Assembly: GCA_964580435.1 (NCBI GenBank) | Contig: CAZOKP010000002.1 | Location: forward strand, 2,919 to 66,918 | Origin: an uncultured Eubacteriales bacterium | GTDB taxonomy: Bacteria; Acidobacteriota; Aminicenantia; Aminicenantales; UBA8522 | Direction of reading: 5' to 3' | DNA length: 64,000 nucleotides | In this document: in pieces, positions 9,388 to 20,205 of the stretch | How positions within the stretch are numbered: the stretch's first letter is position 1 | Layout: the number at the start of each line of letters is the position of its first letter | Notes under the pieces: model-generated | Databases searched by the model: none | Told to the model about the DNA's origin: nothing | What the model saw: the letters and a program-made list of their open reading frames with translations, nothing else | Made by a program: the position numbers and the translations under genes

Positions 9388-9418
9388 AATATATTTCCGG
9401 CGAGGCTATTTTGTCAAC
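9388..9418 (-). promoter_or_regulatory. Candidate divergent promoter for the F420-reductase-like gene (-35 TTGACA, -10 TATATT on the minus strand)
   Basis: The TTGTCAA/TTGACAA inverted pair in the 152-bp divergent intergenic region supplies -35 boxes in both directions. Confidence 0.25.
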
Positions 9419-9434
9419 GGCTTGAAAAATGATT

Positions 9435-9463
9435 TTGACAAAAGTGTTCAAACATTTTATACA
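9435..9463 (+). promoter_or_regulatory. Candidate sigma70 promoter for acnB (-35 TTGACA, 17-nt spacer, -10 TATACA)
   Basis: Sequence ttgacaaaagtgttcaaacattttataca lies about 75 nt upstream of the acnB start. Confidence 0.35.
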
Positions 9464-9537
9464 GTTTAAGTTAAAGATAAGGACGGTTCGGGAAAGCGAG
9501 CCGCCCTGTGCATTATGACGTGAACGGAGTGATGGCC

Positions 9538-12090
9538 ATGTTAGAATCCTATTTTAAACAGGAAGCCGAAAGGCAAAACCAAGGGATCCCGCCTTTGCCC
9601 CTCGACCCGGACGAGACCGCCGAGGTCTGCCGGTACCTTGAAAGCCCGCCTGAAGGCAAGGAGGAGCTTCTGCTCCAGCTCTTGAAGAACCGCGTCTCGC
9701 CGGGTGTCGACCCGGCCGCGAAGGTCAAGGCCGAATGGCTGGCCAAGGTCGCCCGAGCCCAGGTTCATTCTCCCGTCGTCACCAAAAAAGAAGCCGTCAT
9801 TCTCCTGGGAACGATGCTCGGCGGATACAACATCAATCCGCTTGTTGAATGTCTCGATGGCCCTGAAGTCGCGCCGGAGGCAGCTAAAGCCTTGAAGCAT
9901 ACCATTCTTGTTTATGGCGCCTTTGATACGGTTGCTGAGAAATCGAAGGCGAATCCTTTCGCCAAAGAAGTCCTCCTATCCTGGGCCAATGGCGAATGGT
10001 TCCTTGCCAGGCCTGCACTCCCGGAAGAATTTACGCTCAAGGTGTTCAAGGTCGACGGCGAGATCAACACCGATGATTTTTCCCCGGCTAAAAATGCCTG
10101 GAGCCGGCCGGATATCCCTCTCCACGCTCTTTCTATGGGCGAGACGCGATTTCCGGGAGGGCTGGCCACGATCAAGAAATTCCGCGAGGAAGGGTACAGC
10201 GTTGTTTTCGTCGGTGACGTCGTCGGCACAGGCTCTTCAAGAAAGTCCGCCTGCAACTCCTTGATGTGGCATATCGGCGAGGACATTCCCTTCATCCCAA
10301 ATAAACGGCGGGCCGGGGTGGTCATCGGAGGTCTGATCGCGCCGATATTCTTCAACACCACGGAGGATTCCGGCGGGCTGCCGCTCCTGGCAGATGTGGG
10401 GAAATTAAAAACGGGCGATGTCATCACCATCGAGACGAAAACCGGCCTTATCAAGAGCGAGGCCGGGGAGAGGATCGCTGCATTTGAATTCAAGCCCCCG
10501 ACCATCAGGGATGAGTACCGGGCCGGGGGCCGCCTCAACCTGATCATCGGCCGCGCTCTGACCAACAAAGCCCGCACAGCCCTCGGGCTGCCAGAGGCGG
10601 AAATGTTCACCCTGCCCGAGAACCCGAAACCCAAGCGGGGGCAAGGATATTCCTTAGCCCAAAAGATAGTCGGGAAGGCCTGTGGCAGCAAAGGAATCCT
10701 GCCAGGAAGCGCCTGCGAGCCCAAGATGACGACTGTCGGTTCTCAGGATACGACGGGGCCGATGACAGCCGAAGAGCTCAAAGAGCTGGCCTGCCTTGAA
10801 TTCCAGGCCGAGATGTTCATGCAATCGTTCTGTCATACTGCGGCCTATCCGAAGGGGTCCGACGTTAAAATGCACAAGACCCTCCCGCAGTTCATTATCG
10901 ACCGCAAAGGCGTCGCTCTCAAGCCCGGCGACGGTGTTATCCATACCTGGCTGAACAGGCTCATATTGCCGGACACCATGGGCACGGGCGGCGACTCCCA
11001 CACGCGTTTTCCTCTCGGACTCAGCCTGCCTGCTGGTTCCGGGCTTGTCGCTTTTGCCGGGGCCTTAGGGTTTATGCCGCTGGATATGCCCGAGTCCGTC
11101 CTGGTTAAATTCAAAGGCAAGCTGAATCCCGGCATTACGCTGCGGGATGCCGTCAACGCTATCCCGTATTTCGCCATTAAACAAGGCCTTCTGACCGTGG
11201 CCAAGAAAGGGAAGAAAAATGTTTTCAACGGCCGGATTCTTGAGATGGAAGGGCTGGAGGACCTGACTGTCGAGCAAGCCTACGAGCTGACCAATGCGTC
11301 GGCTGAAAGGTCGGCGGCCGGAGCGGTCATCTCCCTCAACGAGGGGAGTATCGCCAGGTATTTGAGGAGCAATGTCGCCCTGATGGAAAGGATGATCGAA
11401 GAAGGCTACGAGTGCGCGGCGACGCTCAAGAAGCGAATCAAGGCCTCGAAAAAATGGCTCAAGAAGCCCAGGCTCCTCAAAAGAGACCCGAAGGCGGAGT
11501 ATGCGGCGGTCATCGAGGTCGACCTCGCCGAGATCCGGGAGCCGCTCCTGGCCTGTCCCAATGATCCCGATGACGTGAAGCCTCTTCGAGAAGTCGCCGG
11601 CGACAGGATCGACGAAGTTTTCATCGGCTCCTGCATGACCAATATCGGTCATTTCCGTGCCGCCGGCAGGATTTTTGAGGGCGCGGGCTATGCCAGGACG
11701 CGGGTTTGGCTGACGCCGCCGACGAAAATGGATGTGGCTCAATTGATGAGGGAAGGTTTCTATTCCATCTATTCTTCGATCGGGGCGCGCACGGAGATTC
11801 CCGGCTGCTCTCTCTGCATGGGAAACCAGGCCAGGGTAAGCCCCGGCGCTACGGTCATCTCCACGTCGACGCGCAATTTCGATGACCGGATGGGGGACGG
11901 AGCGAGGGTTTATCTGGGCTCCGCAGAATTGGCCGCTGTGGCCGCAATCAAGGGCCATCTCCCCAAGCCCGAGGAATACCTCTCGATTGTGACAGAAAAG
12001 CTCCTGCCTAATCAGGACAAGATCTACCGCTATCTGCAGTTCGATGAGATGGGAGATTTTACTCTCCACTACACGGGCGCCAGGTTCTGA
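9538..12090 (+). CDS. acnB: Aconitate hydratase B (bifunctional aconitase 2 / 2-methylisocitrate dehydratase)
   Basis: About 850 aa with an N-terminal HEAT-like domain and an aconitase catalytic domain ([13 protein letters not shown]). The likely start is MLESYFKQ, which has a GGAG Shine-Dalgarno. The ORF track extends to 9508. Confidence 0.9.
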   Translation: MLESYFKQEAERQNQGIPPLPLDPDETAEVCRYLESPPEGKEELLLQLLKNRVSPGVDPAAKVKAEWLAKVARAQVHSPVVTKKEAVILLGTMLGGYNINPLVECLDGPEVAPEAAKALKHTILVYGAFDTVAEKSKANPFAKEVLLSWANGEWFLARPALPEEFTLKVFKVDGEINTDDFSPAKNAWSRPDIPLHALSMGETRFPGGLATIKKFREEGYSVVFVGDVVGTGSSRKSACNSLMWHIGEDIPFIPNKRRAGVVIGGLIAPIFFNTTEDSGGLPLLADVGKLKTGDVITIETKTGLIKSEAGERIAAFEFKPPTIRDEYRAGGRLNLIIGRALTNKARTALGLPEAEMFTLPENPKPKRGQGYSLAQKIVGKACGSKGILPGSACEPKMTTVGSQDTTGPMTAEELKELACLEFQAEMFMQSFCHTAAYPKGSDVKMHKTLPQFIIDRKGVALKPGDGVIHTWLNRLILPDTMGTGGDSHTRFPLGLSLPAGSGLVAFAGALGFMPLDMPESVLVKFKGKLNPGITLRDAVNAIPYFAIKQGLLTVAKKGKKNVFNGRILEMEGLEDLTVEQAYELTNASAERSAAGAVISLNEGSIARYLRSNVALMERMIEEGYECAATLKKRIKASKKWLKKPRLLKRDPKAEYAAVIEVDLAEIREPLLACPNDPDDVKPLREVAGDRIDEVFIGSCMTNIGHFRAAGRIFEGAGYARTRVWLTPPTKMDVAQLMREGFYSIYSSIGARTEIPGCSLCMGNQARVSPGATVISTSTRNFDDRMGDGARVYLGSAELAAVAAIKGHLPKPEEYLSIVTEKLLPNQDKIYRYLQFDEMGDFTLHYTGARF

Positions 12091-12107
12091 ACGGACAAAG
12101 AGGAGGT

Positions 12108-12869
12108 ATGATGATAGATTTAACCGGAAGAAGAACACTCGTCACGGGCGGATCGCGCGGCATCGGCCGGGCGACCGCCATTTTGTTCGCCAAAGCCGGA
12201 AGCGACATCGCCATAAACTATGTGTCCAATACCTCGGCGGCTGAGGGAGTCAGGGCGGAAGTCGAGAAGCTGGGCAGAAAATGTCTGCTCTTGAAAGCGA
12301 ATATTTCTAAAGAGGAAGAAGCGAACGAGATGGTCGAGGCCCTGGTCGAGGAATTCGGCGGAGTGGATGTCCTGGTTAATAACGCCGGCGTCTGGACTTA
12401 TCTTGAGATGGGGGTTCTGGTGAGCGAAGTCCTGAAAGAGACGATGGAGGTCAACCTTGACGCCGTCTTTTATGTCACCAACGCCGCCGTCCCGCAGATG
12501 AAAAAGAAAAAGCAAGGCTGGATCATCAATGTCGCCTCGACGGCGGCGATTCGCGGAGAGGCCCTTCATTCCCACTACGCCGCTACCAAAGGCGCGGTTA
12601 ATGCCCTGACCAAGTCCTGGGCGGTGGAACTTGCGCCCTACAACATCCGGGTCAACGCTGTGGCGCCTGGCTGGGTGGATACGGACATGTGCGCCGAAGT
12701 CTTCAGCGATCCCCGGTTCAAGGAAAGCGTGCGGCAGTCCATCCCTCTGAAGAGAATTCCTCCGCCGGAAGATATCGCCGGCCCAATCCTGTTCTTGGCT
12801 TCGGACCTGTCAAGGCATATCACCGGCGCAGTCATCAACGTCAACGGCGGCTCCGTCCTTAGCGGGTAG
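12108..12869 (+). CDS. SDR-family oxidoreductase (FabG-like 3-oxoacyl-ACP reductase)
   Basis: TGGSRGIGRA glycine motif and the YAATKGAV catalytic Y-x3-K are present. GAGGAGGT ribosome-binding site. Confidence 0.85.
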   Translation: MMIDLTGRRTLVTGGSRGIGRATAILFAKAGSDIAINYVSNTSAAEGVRAEVEKLGRKCLLLKANISKEEEANEMVEALVEEFGGVDVLVNNAGVWTYLEMGVLVSEVLKETMEVNLDAVFYVTNAAVPQMKKKKQGWIINVASTAAIRGEALHSHYAATKGAVNALTKSWAVELAPYNIRVNAVAPGWVDTDMCAEVFSDPRFKESVRQSIPLKRIPPPEDIAGPILFLASDLSRHITGAVINVNGGSVLSG

Positions 12870-12973
12870 GCTCGTTCTTTGTCGAAGCATTTGCAAAAGC
12901 GTGATAATGCGGGCTTGCCAATTTTGTTTTTTTTTGGTAACTTTTGGGCATATGCACAGGAAGGAGGAACAAA

Positions 12974-13230
12974 TGGAGGAAGAAATCGGCAGGATCGCTC
13001 ATTATTTCTCCAAGATCGGCGTGGGCGTGGTCGAGTTGACCAAGGGAAGCCTCAAGGTCGGTGAGACCATTCATATCAAAGGGCACACAACGGACCTTTA
13101 CCAAAAAGTCGAATCCATGCAGGTCGAACATAACAACGTGCCTTCGGCCAAGAAGGGAGAGTCGTTCGGGCTGCGGGTGGAATCGCACGTCCGGGAACAC
13201 GACCTAGTCTTCAGAGTCACGGAGGATTGA
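12974..13230 (+). CDS. Small (85 aa) beta-barrel protein resembling EF-Tu domain 2 (translation elongation factor-like), upstream of the methylmalonyl-CoA mutase genes
   Basis: Strong AAGGAGGA Shine-Dalgarno 6 nt before the ATG. Sequence IGVGVVELTKGSLKVGETIHIKG...ESFGLRV is EF-Tu-domain-II-like. Followed by a T-rich tract. Confidence 0.5.
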
Positions 13231-13282
13231 CCGGCCCGAGCCTTGAATCTGCTGTGGGTTTTTTCTCTCTGAGTGCTTAACT

Positions 13283-14995
13283 TTGAGCTTTGTGAAAAAG
13301 AAGGAGGAGACGGGGTTGGCGAAAAGGAAGCCCAAGGCATCGAGTTTAAGAGCGTCCTATGAGAAGTGGAAGAAAACAAAATACGCCCAAGCAGGGGCGG
13401 ATGCCTGTCTGCCGAAAAAAGCCTTTACCACTATCTCAGGAAGAAGAATCAAGGAACTCTACACGCCCGCCGATATATCTGGTTTCGATTATCTCAGGGA
13501 CCTGAATTATCCCGGTGAGTATCCCTTCACCCGGGGAGTCCATCCGAACATGTACCGGGGCCGTCTCTGGACGATGCGCCAGTTCTCCGGATTCGGGACG
13601 GCCGAGGATACGAATAGACGCTACAAGTATCTTCTTTCCCATGGTCAGACCGGACTCAGCGTTGCCTTCCATCTCCCCACCCTAATGGGAATAGACTCCG
13701 ACAATCCGCTGGCCGAAGGAGAAATCGGCAAGTGCGGGGTGGCCATCGATTCCCTGGCCGATATGGAGATCCTCTTCAAGGGCATCCCGTTGGATAAGAT
13801 CACCACCTCGATGACGATCAATGCGCCGGCGGCCGTGCTCTGGGCTATGTATATTGCCGTCGCCGAGAAGCAGGGCATTTCCCCCACAGTCATCTCGGGG
13901 ACGATTCAAAATGATATCCTCAAGGAATACATTGCCCAAAAGACTTTCATCTTTCCCCCCCGGCCCTCGATGAAACTGATCGTCGACACGTTTGAATACG
14001 GGGCCAAGGAAGTCCCGCGCTGGAACACGATCTCGATCTCAGGATACCATATCCGGGAAGCGGGCGCGACCGCCGTTCAGGAATTGGCGTTCACCCTCAG
14101 GGACGGGATCGAGTATGTGGAGTGGGCGCTCGAGAGAGGCCTCAAACTCGACGATTTCGCGCCCCGCCTCTCCTTCTTCTTCAACTCGCACAATGATTTT
14201 TTTGAGGAGATCGCCAAGTTCAGGGCCGCGAGGCGGATCTGGGCCAGAGTGATGAGAGACCGGTTTGGGTCCAGGAATCCCAGGTCCTGGTGGCTACGGT
14301 TCCACACCCAGACGTCCGGAGTTTCCCTGATGGCCCAGCAGCCTTATAACAACATTGTCCGTGTGGCCATCCAGGCGCTGGCAGCCGTGCTCGGAGGAAC
14401 CCAATCCCTCCACACCAATTCCCTTGATGAAACCTATGCTTTGCCCTCGGAAGAAGCCGTCGCCATCGCCCTGCGAACACAGCAGATTATCGCCCACGAA
14501 AGCGGCGTGCCCAACTCGATCGACCCCCTGGGAGGAGCCTACTTTGTGGAGGCCCTGACCCAGGAAATGGAAAAGGAAGCTGGGGACTACATCAAGAAGA
14601 TCGACGATATGGGAGGAATGGTCAAAGCCATCGAGCTTGGATTCCCGCAAAGAGAGATTGCGGACAGCGCCTATTGGTATCAGAAGGCTGTGGACAAGAA
14701 GGAGAAAATCATCGTGGGGGTGAACGCTTTTGAGATGAAGCACGAGCGGATCCCGCTCTTGTGCATCAATGAAGCCGTCGCCCGCCAGCAGCTCGCTCGG
14801 CTGAGGGACGTCAGAAGGTCGCGCAACCAGGCCAGGGTCAAGAGATCCCTCGGTGAGTTAAAAAAGGCGGCCGTGGAAGGCCTCAATCTCATGCCTTATT
14901 TTTTGAACTGCGTCAAGACGTATGCCACCTTGGAAGAGATCATGGATTCGTTGAAAGAGGTCTTTGGAGATTACCAGGAACCCGTCATGTTTTGA
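13283..14995 (+). CDS. Methylmalonyl-CoA mutase family, catalytic (N-terminal, substrate-binding) subunit
   Basis: [51 protein letters not shown] is diagnostic. Start is non-ATG: TTG at 13283, or alternatively GTG at 13292 or TTG at 13319 after an AAGGAGGAG. Confidence 0.9.
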   Translation: MSFVKKKEETGLAKRKPKASSLRASYEKWKKTKYAQAGADACLPKKAFTTISGRRIKELYTPADISGFDYLRDLNYPGEYPFTRGVHPNMYRGRLWTMRQFSGFGTAEDTNRRYKYLLSHGQTGLSVAFHLPTLMGIDSDNPLAEGEIGKCGVAIDSLADMEILFKGIPLDKITTSMTINAPAAVLWAMYIAVAEKQGISPTVISGTIQNDILKEYIAQKTFIFPPRPSMKLIVDTFEYGAKEVPRWNTISISGYHIREAGATAVQELAFTLRDGIEYVEWALERGLKLDDFAPRLSFFFNSHNDFFEEIAKFRAARRIWARVMRDRFGSRNPRSWWLRFHTQTSGVSLMAQQPYNNIVRVAIQALAAVLGGTQSLHTNSLDETYALPSEEAVAIALRTQQIIAHESGVPNSIDPLGGAYFVEALTQEMEKEAGDYIKKIDDMGGMVKAIELGFPQREIADSAYWYQKAVDKKEKIIVGVNAFEMKHERIPLLCINEAVARQQLARLRDVRRSRNQARVKRSLGELKKAAVEGLNLMPYFLNCVKTYATLEEIMDSLKEVFGDYQEPVMF

Positions 14996-15023
14996 AAGGG
15001 GAGAGCCGTGCCAGGGAGGAAGC

Positions 15024-15450
15024 AATGTCAAGGAAAAAAATAAGAGTTTTGGTGGCCAAGCCCGGATTAGACGGCCATGATCGCGGCGCCAAAGTGGTCT
15101 GCCGGGCGCTGCGGGATGCCGGGATGGAAGTCATCTATACGGGTTTGCGGCGGACTCCCGAGGAGATCGTCAACGCTGCCGTGCAGGAAGACGCGGACCT
15201 CATCGGCCTGAGCATTCTTTCAGGGGCCCATCCCATTCTCTTCCCCAAGATTATCAAGCTCCTCCAGGAGAAAGGGGCCGGGGATATCCCCGTCATCGCC
15301 GGCGGGATCATCCCTGAAAAAGACATCCCTAAGATGAAAAAAGCAGGCATCCGGGAGATCTTCCTGCCCGGGACATCCACTCAGGATATCGTCAAGTGGA
15401 TCAAGGAAAATATCCCCCGGGGCCGAGAAAAAATAAAATTGACCTCTTGA
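15024..15450 (+). CDS. Methylmalonyl-CoA mutase B12-binding subunit (cobalamin-binding domain protein)
   Basis: [18 protein letters not shown] contains the DxHxxG B12-binding motif. The start at MSRKKIRV has a GGGAGG ribosome-binding site. Confidence 0.9.
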
Positions 15451-15487
15451 CTTTGATTTTTCAATCTGGTAATCAAAGGGTGGGTTT

Positions 15488-16393
15488 ATGACCAAAAAGC
15501 GGTTTTCTTTAATTATTGTCCCGCACTGTGCCAAGCGGTTCAAAACCATCACCCTGTCCCAACGAACCCTTAAGGCGCTTTTGGCCGTTTCTGTATTTTG
15601 CTTCATCGGCCTGGGGATCATTATTGTTGATTATTTCACGATGAACGTCACCCGGGGGAAATACAAGGAGTTGCTCAAGGAGACCGCTGAACAAAGTCAG
15701 CTCCTGACCGATTACGAAAATTCGGTCAAGAAATTGAGGGAGACGGTCAAGAATTATGAGAGCTATACCAAAAAGCTGAGTGTCATGGCCGGACTCAAGT
15801 CCCCTGAGGTTATGGAAGAAATGGGGATTGGAGGAGGGCCAACAGAAGGAATTGATGGTCAAACCATGCCGGCCGTTCCCCCGGCTGCTCAAGGCGTCAC
15901 GCTGCAGGATGCCAAAGAGCTTGCCCAGAAGGCTGAGGACATCGGGAAAAACCTGAGCGTGTTAGCCAGCTATTTTGAAATGCAGGCCGTTAAACTGGCT
16001 TTTACCCCGACTATCTGGCCCACCATCGGCTGGGTCAGCTCCCCATTCACTTACCGGGACGATCCTTTCACGGGAGAGAAGACTTTCCATTACGGAATAG
16101 ACATCGCCACAAATTTTGGAAACCCAGTTGTTGCTACTGCTGACGGCATCGTCCTTACCATCGGGACAGACAAGATTGCAGGTAAAAACATCGTCCTGAG
16201 CCATGGCAGCGGCGTAACCACCCACTATCTCCATCTCAGCAAGTCCCTGGTCAGGGGAGGGCAGAAGGTCAAAAGGGGAGATGTCATCGGCCTTGTCGGA
16301 AAAACGGGGAAGGCCCTGGGTCCCCATCTCCACTATGAGGTCCGGGTTAATAACCGTCCCAAGAATCCCTACGATTATATCCTCGAAGAATAG
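15488..16393 (+). CDS. M23-family metallopeptidase (murein endopeptidase-like) with N-terminal TM helix and coiled coil
   Basis: HYGIDIA (HxxxD) and HLHYEV (HxH) M23 motifs are present. N-terminal membrane anchor. Confidence 0.85.
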   Translation: MTKKRFSLIIVPHCAKRFKTITLSQRTLKALLAVSVFCFIGLGIIIVDYFTMNVTRGKYKELLKETAEQSQLLTDYENSVKKLRETVKNYESYTKKLSVMAGLKSPEVMEEMGIGGGPTEGIDGQTMPAVPPAAQGVTLQDAKELAQKAEDIGKNLSVLASYFEMQAVKLAFTPTIWPTIGWVSSPFTYRDDPFTGEKTFHYGIDIATNFGNPVVATADGIVLTIGTDKIAGKNIVLSHGSGVTTHYLHLSKSLVRGGQKVKRGDVIGLVGKTGKALGPHLHYEVRVNNRPKNPYDYILEE

Positions 16394-16411
16394 AAAGCCG
16401 CCCCTCTTTAC

Positions 16412-17344
16412 TCATTCAAAAAAATCGCCGGGCTTGATTTTCGCCCCGCGCAGGAACTCAGCCGAATCCAGGGCCTTTTTGTTTTCCTGCTGGAGACGTT
16501 CTATGACAAAGACGCCTCCATGTCCGCAGCAAACCGCAATCCCATCTTTTTTTGTCTCGAGGACCTGGCCCGGCAGGCCGCAGAGTCCTGAGTCGGCCAG
16601 GCTCCGGCCGGCATGAATAAGGATACGCTGGCCCCTTAAGAATGTAAACGCTCCGGGCCAAGGTGTCAAAGCCCGGACCATCCTGTCCACCGAGAGAGCA
16701 TCCTTGGACCAGTCCATTCGGCCTTGTTCTTTTTTCAGCCGGGGGGCGTAGGATGCTTGAGCATGATCCTGGGGGATGGGCCGGATGTCCTGGATTCCTG
16801 GGAGGAGATTGAGAAGTCGTGTCGCTCCGATATGAGCAAGCCGGGTTTCCAGCTGCCAGGAGTTCTCCCGCTCGAGGATGCTTGTTTCCTCGCTGGCCAG
16901 GATATCTCCTTCGTCCATTTTTTCATTGAGCTCGAAGATCGTCACTCCCGTTTTTTTCTCGCCACTCAGGATTGCCCACTGGACCGGTGCGGCCCCGCGG
17001 TATTTCGGCAGAAGCGAAAAGTGGACATTTATCGATTTGAACCTGGGCAGATAGATGATCGAGGCCGGGATGATCTGCCCGTACGCCACCACGATGTTGA
17101 TGTCCGGGTCGGACTTTTTAATCGTTTCCAAAACCTTTTCGTCCTGCCTGATCTTAGCCGGCTGAAGGACGGGGATCCCCCGCTTCAGGGCAAATACCTT
17201 AATGGGAGGAGCGGTCGGGGCCTTGCCCCTTCCGGAAGGCTTGTCCGGCTGGGTGATGACAAACTCGATTTTGTGTCCTGCCTCCAGGAGTCTTTCCAAG
17301 AACGGCAGAGCTGCTGCCGGACTTCCGAAAAATATGATCCTCAT
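16412..17344 (-). CDS. fmt: Methionyl-tRNA formyltransferase
   Basis: MRIIFFGSPAAALPFLERLL...VVAYGQIIP is the classic Fmt N-terminus. Overlaps def by 4 nt. Confidence 0.95.
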   Translation of the reverse strand: MRIIFFGSPAAALPFLERLLEAGHKIEFVITQPDKPSGRGKAPTAPPIKVFALKRGIPVLQPAKIRQDEKVLETIKKSDPDINIVVAYGQIIPASIIYLPRFKSINVHFSLLPKYRGAAPVQWAILSGEKKTGVTIFELNEKMDEGDILASEETSILERENSWQLETRLAHIGATRLLNLLPGIQDIRPIPQDHAQASYAPRLKKEQGRMDWSKDALSVDRMVRALTPWPGAFTFLRGQRILIHAGRSLADSGLCGLPGQVLETKKDGIAVCCGHGGVFVIERLQQENKKALDSAEFLRGAKIKPGDFFE

Positions 17345-17856
17345 TCCTTTGCGCCGGTGCCCTGCTCCCTGCTGAGCCTCTTTTTGACGAGAGCCTTTTT
17401 CAGGGGAGACAGGTTTTCTATGAACAACCTTCCATTGATGTGATCAATCTCATGGCAAAAGACACGCGCCAAGATCCCGATGGCTTCGATGATTCTCTCT
17501 TCGCCTCTGAGGCCGATCCCTTTCACGCGGACCCGAACCGGCCTTTTCACTTTCTCTTGAATCCCGGGGACGGAAAGGCAGCCTTCTTCTTGGACAATCT
17601 CTCCCTCGGCCTCGAGGAACTCGGGGTTCGCCAGGACGACCAGCTCCTCGGGATTTTCTCCTATGGAAAGGTCGATCGTTATCAGGCGCTTGCTCACGCT
17701 GACCTGCGGGGCGGCCAGCCCTATGCCGGGAGCGGCGTGCATGGTTAGAACCATATCTTGAGCCAGCTCGAGGATTTCCTTGTCGATCGTCTTAATAGGT
17801 TGGGCAAGCCGCGAGAGGATGGGATTTCCGTACTTAATGATTTCGAGGATGGGCAT
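17341..17856 (-). CDS. def: Peptide deformylase
   Basis: GIGLAAPQ, EGCLSVPG and HEIDHINGRLF motifs are all present. Confidence 0.95.
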   Translation of the reverse strand: MPILEIIKYGNPILSRLAQPIKTIDKEILELAQDMVLTMHAAPGIGLAAPQVSVSKRLITIDLSIGENPEELVVLANPEFLEAEGEIVQEEGCLSVPGIQEKVKRPVRVRVKGIGLRGEERIIEAIGILARVFCHEIDHINGRLFIENLSPLKKALVKKRLSREQGTGAKE

Positions 17857-18047
17857 TTTCGTAGCTATTATTTTAGAAAATTATCGCTTTTTCTTCAAAC
17901 TGTTTCAAATCGAATCTGGGCCCAAGGCGAAAGAGGTAAGCGTAAAGGGCCCCCGGCGCGATAAAAGTTAGAAAATGCAAAGCGCAACGGTAAGGCCAGG
18001 CAATTATAAAAAAAATCGTCAGCCCTTGAGCTCTTGCCCGAGCCCTC

Positions 18048-20072
18048 TTAGACAATCGCAGACGGGGGAGCCGGTTCGTCCGCTTTGCCCTTGTTTCTGA
18101 GCGGTATGTGGATGAGATAAACCCCTATCAGGACGAGGACTCCCAAGCCGATATAGTAGCTGGCATTTTTAAAAATTTCGGGGATGTCGAAGGTGAGCAC
18201 ATGTTGGAAAAACAAGAACTTCCAGGCCGCCCGAATCAGGCCTGTCAGGGCCTCCCCGGCGATAAGGCCGGATGCCAGAAGAATTCCGACATTTTCAACC
18301 CGTGCTTTCTGGGCGGGGTTGAGGTTTTGCCTTCCCGCCAGGCGGTCAATGATGCCCTTCATCATGCCGCCGCAGAAGATGGCGAACGTCGTTTCAAGGG
18401 GAAGATACATTCCCACGGCCACGAGCATGGGCGATTTCACCTGGACGAGAATGAAGGCAAAGCCCATGAACATGCCGACGATGACCAGAGGCCAGGCCAT
18501 CTCGCCGCCGACAATTCCTTGGGCGAGAGCGGCCATCAGTCCGGCCTGCGGGGCAGAGAGTTCCCTGCTCCCGAAGGTGAAGGCTCCATGGAGAATCAGC
18601 AAGGGAAAGAAAAGAACGAGGGAAGCCACCAAGATACCGAAGATGTCTCCGACCTGCATCTTCCAGGGGGTTCCGCCAAGGATGTGCCCCACCTTGAGGT
18701 CCTGGAGCATTTCGCCGGCCACGGCCGACGAGACACAAACAACGGCCGCAACTCCCAAAACAGCTGCCACTCCGCTTATGCCTGTGGCCCCGACAAGAAC
18801 CATAAGAAGGGCGGCGATGATGAGCGTGGAAAGAGTAAGGCCCGATATGGGATTATTGGAGGAGCCAATCTGACCGACGAGATTTCCTGAAACAGCGGCA
18901 AAAAAGAAGCCGGCGACCGCCATGACGGCAGCCGCGACAACGGCTGTTCCAAAAGTCCCGGCAAAAATTTTATAAATGAAGATCATCAGGACAAACGTGG
19001 CCACAAGACCCGCCAGAACAAGCCTCATGTTGAGGTCCTGCTCCACTCGGGAGGTGGCCTCAACGTGACCCGCTGCCTTCTTCACGTCTCCGATCGACCT
19101 TTTGATTCCCGCCGCAAGATTCTTTCTCATTCTGAAAAGAGTGTAGCCGGCTCCGACCAGCATCGCGCCTACGGCAATCGGCCGGATGATGAACTTCCAG
19201 ACGTCGAGCATCATGACATCCCAGCCGACCTCGGCCAGGGCCACTGAAGGTCCGTAAAATTTTTCGACCAATTGCGGACCGAGGAAGAACATAAGCAGGG
19301 GAGCGAACAGTCCCCAGGCCAGGACCCCGCCGGCAAAATTGAGTGATGCCAGACGTGGACCGATGATGTAGCCGACGCCGATATAGGCAGGATAAATCCC
19401 CGGGCCGGCGACAGCCACTGTCCCGCCCGCATCGACTTTCGGGGCCGCCTTATCTGTGCCCAGCCTCACGAGGCTGGCGCCGATGTTGCCGACTTTGATG
19501 ATGAAGTCCTTCGTAGCCGCAAAGATTCGTATAACTCCCAGCGCGTAGATCAATGCTCCCATGCCCATCGCTTGAAAAAGGAACTTAGCTCCCTGGCTGC
19601 CTTTCTGGCCCGCCTTATGGATCTCGGAAGCGGCCACAGATTCGGGGAAGGCGAGCTCGGGGTCCGTAACCATGACCCTTCTCAAGAAGGTCACAAAGAG
19701 AATCCCGAGCAGACCGCCCACAAACATCAGCGCCGTCGACTTGAGATAGGCTTCGAGGGAATTAAACTTCGTCCAAGCCCCGGCAATAACAAACGCCGGG
19801 ATGGTAAAGATGGCCCCGGCGGCAACCGATTCTCCGATCGACCCGACCGTCCTGGCCAGGTTTTCCTCCAGAATGGAGCCTCTCAAGATTTTGAGAACGG
19901 CCATCCCGATGACAGCGGCAGGATAGGTGGCGGCGATCGTCATGCCCGCCCGGAGCCCCAGGTAAGCATTGGCGGCGCCAAGAATGACGGTCAAAACAAT
20001 GCCGATGATCAGGGCTTTCAGGGTGAATTCTCTCAGGTTGGTTTTTTCGGGAACATATGGTTGATAGCTCAT
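18048..20072 (-). CDS. OPT-family oligopeptide transporter
   Basis: 674-aa polytopic membrane protein. N-terminus LKALIIGIVLTVILGAANAYLGLRAGMTIAATYPAAVIG is characteristic of the OPT superfamily. Confidence 0.9.
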   Translation of the reverse strand: MSYQPYVPEKTNLREFTLKALIIGIVLTVILGAANAYLGLRAGMTIAATYPAAVIGMAVLKILRGSILEENLARTVGSIGESVAAGAIFTIPAFVIAGAWTKFNSLEAYLKSTALMFVGGLLGILFVTFLRRVMVTDPELAFPESVAASEIHKAGQKGSQGAKFLFQAMGMGALIYALGVIRIFAATKDFIIKVGNIGASLVRLGTDKAAPKVDAGGTVAVAGPGIYPAYIGVGYIIGPRLASLNFAGGVLAWGLFAPLLMFFLGPQLVEKFYGPSVALAEVGWDVMMLDVWKFIIRPIAVGAMLVGAGYTLFRMRKNLAAGIKRSIGDVKKAAGHVEATSRVEQDLNMRLVLAGLVATFVLMIFIYKIFAGTFGTAVVAAAVMAVAGFFFAAVSGNLVGQIGSSNNPISGLTLSTLIIAALLMVLVGATGISGVAAVLGVAAVVCVSSAVAGEMLQDLKVGHILGGTPWKMQVGDIFGILVASLVLFFPLLILHGAFTFGSRELSAPQAGLMAALAQGIVGGEMAWPLVIVGMFMGFAFILVQVKSPMLVAVGMYLPLETTFAIFCGGMMKGIIDRLAGRQNLNPAQKARVENVGILLASGLIAGEALTGLIRAAWKFLFFQHVLTFDIPEIFKNASYYIGLGVLVLIGVYLIHIPLRNKGKADEPAPPSAIV

Positions 20073-20205
20073 CCCTCACTCCTTTAAACGTGCATTGCCT
20101 TAATGTATATTAAAATGTATCTCTCTAAGTCAAGAAATTAGATTGTTTGTTTGCCTTGCAAAGAAGAATGCTCTAGAATAAAATAAGTTAGGTTATAGGA
20201 AAACA

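Noticed and set aside
16281-16661. Small ORFs 16281-16616(+) and 16458-16661(-) near the M23 peptidase and fmt boundary.
   Set aside because: Both lie inside or across the fmt coding region and the M23 3-prime end. They have Arg/Pro-rich translations and are shadow ORFs.
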